NCBI GenBank assembly: GCA_012511975.1 | Contig: JAAZEZ010000069.1 | Span: forward strand, 1 to 47,584 | Reading direction: 5' to 3' | Source: Bacteroidales bacterium | GTDB taxonomy: Bacteria > Bacteroidota > Bacteroidia > Bacteroidales > UBA932 | DNA: 47,584 nucleotides | Program-made: the position numbers and the translations under genes | The notes under the pieces: model-generated | What the model saw: only the letters and a program-made list of their open reading frames with translations | Databases searched by the model: none | What the model was told of the DNA's origin: nothing | Part shown: positions 16,780 to 24,311 of the stretch, piece by piece | Position numbering within the stretch: the stretch's first letter is position 1 | How the letters are laid out: each line of letters begins with the position of its first letter

Positions 16780-17298
16780 ATGAGATACAAATCATTGCGC
16801 AACATCCTGCTTTTACTCTCAATATTGCTGCTGATTGGCGGCTGCCAGAACTACAAGAAGCTTCAGTTCCAATCCTACGCTATAGAAAAAATCGACAACA
16901 TATCATTTGGAAAAGGGAGTGTCTGCGCTACTCTCACTCTCAATGTGGGCGTTGCCAACCCCACCTCTACCACCTTTACCGCAAAGGACCTTGAGGCCAC
17001 CATTTATAGCGGCAACGGCGATCCTTTCGCAATTCTGACCTCCGACGAGAAGATGGTCATCCCTCCCAACAGTGAAGACTCCTTAAAGTGGAAGATCAAT
17101 ACGGAACTGCTCAATCCCCTCTCCGTTCTTGCAGCGGGTGGTTTTTCGATGGAAAATCTAGACGTTGAAAATATGACGGTGGACTACAGTATAGTATTTT
17201 CCGGCGGAATCAGAAAAAGATTCTCCGGCAAAGGAGTAGTACTCGGTGACCTGATCCGCGCTTTCAAATCCACTTTACCTGACTCACAATCCCAATGA
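16780..17298 (+). CDS. Hypothetical lipoprotein (possibly LEA_2/NDR1-like beta-sandwich)
   Basis: The start was moved to MRYKSLRNILLLLSILLLIGGCQN (lipobox). The stop overlaps the next start (ATGA at 17295). Confidence 0.6.
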   Translation: MRYKSLRNILLLLSILLLIGGCQNYKKLQFQSYAIEKIDNISFGKGSVCATLTLNVGVANPTSTTFTAKDLEATIYSGNGDPFAILTSDEKMVIPPNSEDSLKWKINTELLNPLSVLAAGGFSMENLDVENMTVDYSIVFSGGIRKRFSGKGVVLGDLIRAFKSTLPDSQSQ

Positions 17299-17840
17299 AA
17301 ATCCTTATGAAAAGAATACTTTCCACACTCGCAATCCTACTTTGCATACCATTGAGCAATCTTCCGGCGCAGAATCGGTTCATCCCGCAAGACACGACTA
17401 TCAATGTCAGCACGGAAGTGGAGGGTGACACTCTGCTTGCAGGCAGACAGATATTCTCGCTGCTCAGTGAATCATTCTCCGGCGGCGGTACGGTCATCGT
17501 GAGACAATCCGGTACCCTACGCAATGCTCTTCTTAGCCATATAAACAGCAACTCAGAGCGTGTAATTATCGGTTATCGTATAAGAATCTATTTTGACAAC
17601 AGCCAGAACGCCAGAGTGCGCTCTGAAGCTATCGCCAACCAGTTTGTAAGAGAGTATCCCCACATAAAGGCCTATCTCAGCCATGTCAATCCCTACTTCA
17701 AGGTGACTGTTGGCGACTTCCGCACCAAATACGAGGCGCAGCAGTTTGCAAGTCAAATAAGTAGCAGATACCCTTCTGTGTTTATTGTAAGAGAGCAAAT
17801 AGGATATCCTATCGTCTCCACCAGCGGTACTTCCCTTTGA
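17295..17840 (+). CDS. SPOR domain-containing protein
   Basis: The C-terminal part, YRIRIYFDNSQNARVRSEAIANQF...YFKVTVGDFRTKYEAQQFASQI, shows the typical SPOR repeat pattern. A signal peptide is present. Confidence 0.75.
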   Translation: MKILMKRILSTLAILLCIPLSNLPAQNRFIPQDTTINVSTEVEGDTLLAGRQIFSLLSESFSGGGTVIVRQSGTLRNALLSHINSNSERVIIGYRIRIYFDNSQNARVRSEAIANQFVREYPHIKAYLSHVNPYFKVTVGDFRTKYEAQQFASQISSRYPSVFIVREQIGYPIVSTSGTSL

Positions 17841-18768
17841 TGTTGTCCTTAAGATTCTTGAGCGATGTAATGTGCCGCTCAATCTTTTCGGGATAGATAT
17901 CCTGAATATTCATCAGTATACCTGTTTCTTCCACTCCCCCGAACTCCCTATTTATAGAAGTGCCGAATACGCGCATACTCGGTGAAAGACTCATGTAAGA
18001 GTTTATCAGCGGAGGTATCAATTCACCCATATCCTTAAGACGCGCTACGAGTTGTTTATACGCCTCCTTATACTCCATCCCCTCAAAAAGAGATGCATAG
18101 TAGGGATTGGCTGCATCTGTGTCTAGCGGATCTATGGGAGTTACAAGAGAATCTTTATCAGGGAAAAAATGGTTGAGGAAATAGAGCAGGATGTTACGCG
18201 CCTTAACATTATAAGTGGAGTACATCGTCACTTTGCCGAAGAAATAGCGGTGAGTGTCATATTTTACAGTGAGTGCCCCAAGACCATCCCAAAGATTGTC
18301 CAGAGCAAAGATACCTTTGCGTTTGAGATTGAGACGATGATATAGTGGCTGCACAAAAGAGCGCCCCAGCTCCATGGTATATGGCAGAACATCCTTTAAA
18401 AAGCGTTTTGAAAAATTAAAAAGCTTACTTGTAGCCATCTTGACGGGGTCCAGGCCACCGGAACAATCGATATAGCGATAACCACCCACAATCTCCATCT
18501 GGTCCGGATCCCAAACTATCAGTTGTCTATAAGGATTGTCAGGATCGGTATCGTATTCGTCGATATCTATATCCTTTCCGGTACCGCCGCCGGAGCTGCG
18601 GAAAGAAATTTCACGCAGACGCCCTATTTCGCGCATTATATTGGGAGAATCCACTGCAGTTACATCATAGAGCATATTACCGCCCCTATTAGTATCCCTA
18701 ATGTATTTGTCCGGAGTAAGTTCGTTGATTATCAGTTTACGATCAACCGGTTGGATTATTGGCTTCAT
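17809..18768 (-). CDS. Hemolysin-like GNAT N-acyltransferase (GlsB/OlsB-like N-acyl amino acid synthase)
   Basis: 319 aa; REISFRSSGGGTGKDIDIDEYD matches the Acetyltransf_5-type family. It is paired with, and overlaps, a lysophospholipid acyltransferase gene, as in the Bacteroides glycine-lipid locus. Confidence 0.75.
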   Translation of the reverse strand: MKPIIQPVDRKLIINELTPDKYIRDTNRGGNMLYDVTAVDSPNIMREIGRLREISFRSSGGGTGKDIDIDEYDTDPDNPYRQLIVWDPDQMEIVGGYRYIDCSGGLDPVKMATSKLFNFSKRFLKDVLPYTMELGRSFVQPLYHRLNLKRKGIFALDNLWDGLGALTVKYDTHRYFFGKVTMYSTYNVKARNILLYFLNHFFPDKDSLVTPIDPLDTDAANPYYASLFEGMEYKEAYKQLVARLKDMGELIPPLINSYMSLSPSMRVFGTSINREFGGVEETGILMNIQDIYPEKIERHITSLKNLKDNIKGKYRWWRR

Positions 18769-19570
18769 AGGCTTTCTCTCTTATAATATCTGTCCATTCT
18801 CGCAGCGATTTTTCCGAAGTGATGCTCTCGATGGGTATCGAGTCACCAAACCAGATCTCAAAACTGCTGTTTTTCTGTTTGAATAATTCGTGGGGAAGGA
18901 AAAGCATCTCAATGTTGAATTTGATACCGAGAAATTTCCTGACCTTAGCCAGAGCGTAAAAGAAATTGGAATTGCGTCCCGAAAAATATATCGGCACGAT
19001 ATCTCTTTTGTGGGCGATGGCCTTTTTAAGAAAATTGGTCTGCCACTGGGGATCTGTTATTTTTCCTTTTATTTTCCTTGAACAGAGTCCTGCCGGGAAA
19101 TAGAGTATCTGAGATTCTGATGAGTATGTATCGTTGATTAGTTGTGCATATTCACGGCTCATCTTTCCCACTTTGTTTACCGGAATAAAAAGCGACTCAA
19201 AAGGCTTGACATGCATTAGAAAATCATTCACGACAAATTTGATGTCGGGAAAGATCTTGCCGATAAGGGCAATCAACACCGAACCGTCCAACCCACCCAG
19301 AGGGTGATTGGAAACAAAGATGTATCTGCCTGACGGATCAATCTTCTCCATTCCGTGAGGCGTGTAGGTGATACCCAGATGTGCAAGTGCGTGCGTAGCA
19401 AACTCAACTCCCTCATAATCTCCATAAAGAGCAAGAATCTCGTTGATCTCATCCTGATGAACAAGTTTCTTAATCCGGTTGATTACAAATCCCGGTAGTT
19501 TCTTCGCCAACGACGGACTTTTAGCAGCAATAACTTGCTTTACATCTATCTTAAGTGGTGTCTGACTCAT
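18743..19570 (-). CDS. Lysophospholipid/1-acyl-glycerol-3-phosphate-type O-acyltransferase (GlsA/OlsA-like)
   Basis: PlsC-type catalytic motif region FVSNHPLGGLDG and FPAGLCSR. The start was set at ATG 19570 (MSQTPLKIDVKQ). The upstream extension of ORF 18743..19648 covers a terminator hairpin. Confidence 0.75.
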   Translation of the reverse strand: MSQTPLKIDVKQVIAAKSPSLAKKLPGFVINRIKKLVHQDEINEILALYGDYEGVEFATHALAHLGITYTPHGMEKIDPSGRYIFVSNHPLGGLDGSVLIALIGKIFPDIKFVVNDFLMHVKPFESLFIPVNKVGKMSREYAQLINDTYSSESQILYFPAGLCSRKIKGKITDPQWQTNFLKKAIAHKRDIVPIYFSGRNSNFFYALAKVRKFLGIKFNIEMLFLPHELFKQKNSSFEIWFGDSIPIESITSEKSLREWTDIIREKAYEANNPTG

Positions 19571-19587
19571 CGTTTCACTTTGATGTG

Positions 19588-19595
19588 CAAATATA
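19588..19595 (-). promoter_or_regulatory. Candidate -7 box (TATATTTG on the minus strand) for the acyltransferase pair
   Basis: Plus strand CAAATATA, 17 nt upstream of ATG 19570. Confidence 0.45.
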
Positions 19596-19611
19596 GACAA
19601 AAATGAAAACA

Positions 19612-19646
19612 CCGGCAATAAAACAAGAGGCGGCCTTCCGGCCGCC
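19612..19646 (-). terminator. Probable terminator at the end of the redox SusC/D operon
   Basis: GC-only 7-bp stem GGCGGCC-TTCC-GGCCGCC (19629..19646). On the minus strand it is followed by TCTTGTTTTATT. It lies 57 nt downstream of the 19703 stop. Confidence 0.6.
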
Positions 19647-19702
19647 ACTTGAAAAAAGAGAAATATTTTATCTACTGAAAAGTCTTGTTAATAATTTCTA
19701 CA

Positions 19703-20881
19703 TCAGTCCAGCAATTCTTGCAGTTTTGCCTCAATCTCTTCATGAGTCAGATTGCCAATTACCCTGCCATCCTTGTCAAGAAGGAAATAACTAGGAATAA
19801 AATGTACCGCGTAACTGCTGATGACTCTTGCCGAACTGTTTTCCACAGGAAATTCGTCAATCACATGTACCCATGGAGTCTGGTCCTCATCTATAGCCTT
19901 TACCCATTTATCATAACTTGTATCATTTGATACTCCTACAATCTCAAAACCTTTGTCGTGGTACTTTTCGTAAAGCTCTTTTAAAGCTGGCATACCGGCC
20001 CTGCAGGGGGAGCACCAGGAGGCCCAGAAATCAACCAGGACATATTGGCCCCTTAGTGAGGATAATGTCACATCATTGTCATCTCTGTCTTTCAATGTAA
20101 AATCGGGAGCAAGATCCCCCGGTTGTACTGCCCTCAATGCTTCAATCTCTTCCCTCAGATCTTTTGCAAGGTATGACTTACGCACTCGTTCAGAAAATTT
20201 AGCAAAAGCTTCTTCCTTCTCCTCAAGGGTTGTAGATGAAGAGGTATATATGTTATAGATTGCAATAGCAGCTTCAACATCAGGATTTGCTAAGCAATAG
20301 GCTAGAATGGCATCTTTTTGAGCATTAAAATATTTCTCCCTTAACTCTTTTCCATATTTCTGCTCGATTTCTGTTCTCATCCGAGTATAGCTATCGTAAT
20401 CTTTGAAGGATAGCTTGTCAGCCTCTTTTACTGCCTTAACATATTCTGCATATTGTTCCTCTGTGTCAATCGCCGAAAGCAATTCAACCATTCCCAGGGT
20501 AAAATCATTATTGGTGCCTCCAGAAACATTGGGGTCGGAAAAATATTTGCCATATTGTCCTTGATCAATGATGCCCTCCAGTTCGGGAGCAAACAGAATT
20601 ACCGCATTTTCTACATAAAACAGCCCTACGATAGGGGTCTCATTCTGCGGTATGACTGAAATCGAACCGCGTACTGGCTCTGCTACATTGCCATTGAACT
20701 CAAAAGCACCTGCAGACATCACAACCGTATCACTTACCTTTGTCTCATCAAGAGGATCGAGATAAGAGAGAACTGCAATTCCATCATATTCACCGCAATT
20801 GCCTTTGATTGTAAAGCCCGGCTGATTTGAGCAAGCAACAAGTGTTAGTGCTGTAATTGCACATATTATCGTTTGTTTCAT
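19703..20881 (-). CDS. TlpA/ResA-family thiol-disulfide oxidoreductase lipoprotein with an N-terminal DUF4369-like domain
   Basis: Lipobox LTLVACSN. N-terminal GFTIKGNCGEYDGIAVLSYLD... matches the DUF4369 pattern. The C-terminal thioredoxin fold has VDFWASWCSPCRAGMP (CxxC). Confidence 0.85.
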   Translation of the reverse strand: MKQTIICAITALTLVACSNQPGFTIKGNCGEYDGIAVLSYLDPLDETKVSDTVVMSAGAFEFNGNVAEPVRGSISVIPQNETPIVGLFYVENAVILFAPELEGIIDQGQYGKYFSDPNVSGGTNNDFTLGMVELLSAIDTEEQYAEYVKAVKEADKLSFKDYDSYTRMRTEIEQKYGKELREKYFNAQKDAILAYCLANPDVEAAIAIYNIYTSSSTTLEEKEEAFAKFSERVRKSYLAKDLREEIEALRAVQPGDLAPDFTLKDRDDNDVTLSSLRGQYVLVDFWASWCSPCRAGMPALKELYEKYHDKGFEIVGVSNDTSYDKWVKAIDEDQTPWVHVIDEFPVENSSARVISSYAVHFIPSYFLLDKDGRVIGNLTHEEIEAKLQELLD

Positions 20882-20886
20882 ATCTG

Positions 20887-22851
20887 TTATTTTACTGTCA
20901 ATGTGAATTCTTTTGTTTCTGGAGCATAGCAGGTCTTATCATTACAACACTGGTATGTGAATTTAATTTTCACCTGGTCCCCATGCTCCAAACCTTCGAT
21001 TTTGTAAATATAGTCACCCTTGTCCCTATAAATGGTGGTTTTCGAACCGGGAAGGCCTATAAATGCGGGTGCAATAAAGTCAACCTGCTTTGCATTTTCA
21101 GGGAGGTATAGCTCTGCTTTTGTTTCTATAAAAGGATCTTCATCAGACACCTTTGCATAAATGTAATGACCTACATGAATGTATTGAGATATAAGCACGG
21201 CAATTGTGCCGTCACCGTGTTCAACCAGTTCAGCCTCTAAGCAAACAGGATTTGCAGGGTCAGTCTTTGGACCTCGGCGGTCGCTTTGTAGAGGATTATT
21301 TATTGCCGCTTTTTTCAATAGATACTCCCTCTCCTGTTCATCCAGTCGTACTTGATAGTCATTACCCGGGACATCCTCAAAAGTATTAATAAGAAAGAGC
21401 CATCCACCCGATTCGGTAAAGAAGAGTTTATCTTTGTATGTTTCATACCAATCTCTCCACTGGACCGGAGTAGCAAAACGACAAAGGGTATAACGTTCAA
21501 GAACTGTCTTTGCGATTTCGACATCCTCTCCATTCTCGAGCATAGAAATCGCCTTGTCCAAAATACGGATATCATTGTTTGCGATACCTATATAGCGTGC
21601 CTCCTCATCAATATCAAGGGTGTATTCCCCAGGCTTACAATAGAAATAGTCCCTATTACGGTCATAGTATCTTGCGTATTCTGTGGCATCGGTGCCAAAG
21701 AAGTGGTATAATTCAGGTACTCTTTGCTTTAGATAATCAGAGAATGTTATGAGTTTCTGCTCGGGAAAATTGAGATAAAGTTTTTCAGTTCCACTAAGTT
21801 CCTCACCTTTATCCTGTTTTTCCTGTGCGGCTTTCTTAAATTCGGCAACTTGTCTGTTAAATTCGGCATTGCTGGCATTATAATCCTCCCAAGCTTCACG
21901 AGTAACAAGATATTTATAACCTTTGAGGTCATCTTTTACTGCTACAGGATCAAATTTCCTTGCAATCGGATGCTGACCTGCAAACTGTGAAATATAGACT
22001 ATAGAATTGACAAAAAGCGCCTTTGCCTCATCTGTCATATAGTCCGGTGAAGCCGAAAACCCCCAATGAAAATAGTTTGCATGACGTCCAATGGCAATGG
22101 CATCAATACTCTTAGCACAGGTGCCGCTTGAAATGACCTCTGTTTCAGGAGAATCCAGATAGCCTCCAGGACGTGAAACCATACCAATCTTGTAACCGGG
22201 ATTGTTTGTATAATTAACTGTCTGCATTGTAAACATCAACGTGGAGTCAGGTAGGGTTACTCCGTCCATTTTTGCATAATCATATGCTAGCGAAGGAGTT
22301 GCTTCCATTTTGATATTCAATTTCACCTTTAAAGGACCTTTGAATATAGGATGGTCACCATTCCAGTTGTGAGCCTTGTCTTCAAGGCATAGACAATACC
22401 AGTCATTTTTAGTACCAACTCTGATACCAATAAGTTCGCCCATAGATGCAATCGTTAATACGGGACGGTTGAAATCAAGTGGCAGATACTGTGCTTTTTC
22501 ATACTTTAACAACTTTCCGTCCGGACTATATTCCAAAATCCGTGGACTAATTGGATTAGGGGTGTGATCAAATATGGTTACGTCATATAGATCTGACATA
22601 TCTACCGTATAATCTGCAGCATCAATTACCTTGTATTTCTTGAAGTTCTTTTTGAGAAACTTATCAAATGAAGTCATCCTGGTCTGAGTACTTTTTGCAA
22701 TTGTCACACTATCCGGTTTGTCATCCAAACCCATCAATTCAATATCTGGGCTTCCACCTACAAACAAGACGCTTACCGACTGCTTTTTCTGTGCATTTAA
22801 ACCCAGAAAACAGTTCAGCAGAATTATTATAAATAAAAGTCTGAGTTTCAT
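20887..22851 (-). CDS. Secreted protein of unknown function (about 530 aa) fused to a C-terminal DsbD-alpha-like (DsbD N-terminal type) redox domain
   Basis: Signal peptide MKLRLLFIIILLNCFLGLNAQ. The last ~110 aa (VGHYIYAKV...KIKFTYQCCNDKTCYAPETKEFTLTV) follow the DsbD-alpha pattern, including the Cx5C pair followed by Y-x-P-E. I could not recognise the N-terminal part. Confidence 0.7.
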   Translation of the reverse strand: MKLRLLFIIILLNCFLGLNAQKKQSVSVLFVGGSPDIELMGLDDKPDSVTIAKSTQTRMTSFDKFLKKNFKKYKVIDAADYTVDMSDLYDVTIFDHTPNPISPRILEYSPDGKLLKYEKAQYLPLDFNRPVLTIASMGELIGIRVGTKNDWYCLCLEDKAHNWNGDHPIFKGPLKVKLNIKMEATPSLAYDYAKMDGVTLPDSTLMFTMQTVNYTNNPGYKIGMVSRPGGYLDSPETEVISSGTCAKSIDAIAIGRHANYFHWGFSASPDYMTDEAKALFVNSIVYISQFAGQHPIARKFDPVAVKDDLKGYKYLVTREAWEDYNASNAEFNRQVAEFKKAAQEKQDKGEELSGTEKLYLNFPEQKLITFSDYLKQRVPELYHFFGTDATEYARYYDRNRDYFYCKPGEYTLDIDEEARYIGIANNDIRILDKAISMLENGEDVEIAKTVLERYTLCRFATPVQWRDWYETYKDKLFFTESGGWLFLINTFEDVPGNDYQVRLDEQEREYLLKKAAINNPLQSDRRGPKTDPANPVCLEAELVEHGDGTIAVLISQYIHVGHYIYAKVSDEDPFIETKAELYLPENAKQVDFIAPAFIGLPGSKTTIYRDKGDYIYKIEGLEHGDQVKIKFTYQCCNDKTCYAPETKEFTLTVK

Positions 22852-22857
22852 TATTCG

Positions 22858-24300
22858 TTATTTATAGTTTTGTTTTATGTTTGGATTGTTGTTGATCACA
22901 TTCAGGGGAAATGGGAATATCCACATTGGGGAGTCATGCCTCAAAGTGAATTTATGACCGGCAAGGTCTCTTGTAAAGTCCTCCTCCCATCCTGAAATCT
23001 GATTCCATCTTTTACGTTGAATAAAATTGTAGCAGGAGTAGTTGTTTTCTCCATGAGATGTCTGTTTCAATCTGAAGATTGCATCCTCCTTGCTTGTTAT
23101 TTTACCTACCAATGGCTCATACACAGAAGGATCAATACGATTTACTCGAATTTTGTCGATAATCTCCCTTGCTGCATTGATGTTCCCTTTGTGTATCTCT
23201 GCCTCAGCCAATATAAGATACATATGAGTTGTTTTCAGCCCCATATGATTCCATCCAGAGTCAAGGTCGTATGTGAATGCATAATCAAGTCCCAGGTAAG
23301 ACATACCCATTCCCATTCCCGGAAAGAAATCATACATCATTTTATCAGTGGACATTTTATCAAGAGATGCATGGCCAGGTTCGAATCTTGCCTCTGACTC
23401 AGGGGTTCTCGCATTGAAGAACTCGGGATTGTGAACGTAGAAAAGATCTTCCTCGCATTTCATCTGAGGACGAAGCACTGCAGGGTACTGGCCCCCGAGA
23501 AGATAACCCTGCACCATTATTATCATTTCATTGTAATTTGCAATGGCATCATTTATGGCAAGTACTGATCTCGCAGCTGCTACAGCTTCATCATACTTCT
23601 GCATTGACATAAGAACCCATGCCTTTACTGCATAAGCTGCAGGTTTGCTGATTCTCATTTTGTTGATTGAAACATCAGGAAGAGCATTCAACGCCAATGC
23701 GGCATCTACATCTGCAAGGATATTATCATATACTTGCTGGACTGTAGCCTGCTCAGAGGGGTGCGAAATATCCCAGTCGTGCATCATGTAGGGGATACCA
23801 CCATCAGACGCAGCTGTTACCGGGTTATATGCTTTTGCAAATTTATTTACTGCAAGGTAGTGGTTATAGGCACGTAAAACCAGAGCTTCTGCCTTGAGTT
23901 GCTTTTTGGTAGATTCTGAACCGGAAGCCTCGTCAACTTTGGATATAACTGGATTAGCCACCCTGCCGATAATTGAATAGAATTCACTATAGTCACTATC
24001 ATTCGAGGTGAGTTCAGCCATCTTGTCCTGATTTGACTCATCCCAAGTCCACATTATCACATCCCTTGTTTTATTTGGCATAGAGAGTTGAGTGGAGACA
24101 TTGCTAAAAGTATAGAGCATATCTCCGGCCATTTGGTTAAAGTCAGAACCACTTTGATAAAACTCTCTATTGAGAAGCAATTCCAGTTCGTCTGTAGTGG
24201 AAAGCAGATTCTTACCTTTCGGCTGAATATCCGTAAACTGGGCACAGGATGTGGCAAACAATATCACACCTGTCAGTAAAAAATGTAATATCTTTTTCAT
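22858..24300 (-). CDS. SusD/RagB-family nutrient-binding outer-membrane lipoprotein
   Basis: Lipobox LFATSCAQ. The TPR-like helical sequence is typical of SusD homologues. It lies immediately downstream of the SusC-like gene (11-nt gap). Confidence 0.88.
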   Translation of the reverse strand: MKKILHFLLTGVILFATSCAQFTDIQPKGKNLLSTTDELELLLNREFYQSGSDFNQMAGDMLYTFSNVSTQLSMPNKTRDVIMWTWDESNQDKMAELTSNDSDYSEFYSIIGRVANPVISKVDEASGSESTKKQLKAEALVLRAYNHYLAVNKFAKAYNPVTAASDGGIPYMMHDWDISHPSEQATVQQVYDNILADVDAALALNALPDVSINKMRISKPAAYAVKAWVLMSMQKYDEAVAAARSVLAINDAIANYNEMIIMVQGYLLGGQYPAVLRPQMKCEEDLFYVHNPEFFNARTPESEARFEPGHASLDKMSTDKMMYDFFPGMGMGMSYLGLDYAFTYDLDSGWNHMGLKTTHMYLILAEAEIHKGNINAAREIIDKIRVNRIDPSVYEPLVGKITSKEDAIFRLKQTSHGENNYSCYNFIQRKRWNQISGWEEDFTRDLAGHKFTLRHDSPMWIFPFPLNVINNNPNIKQNYK

Positions 24301-24311
24301 GATAGTTTCGA

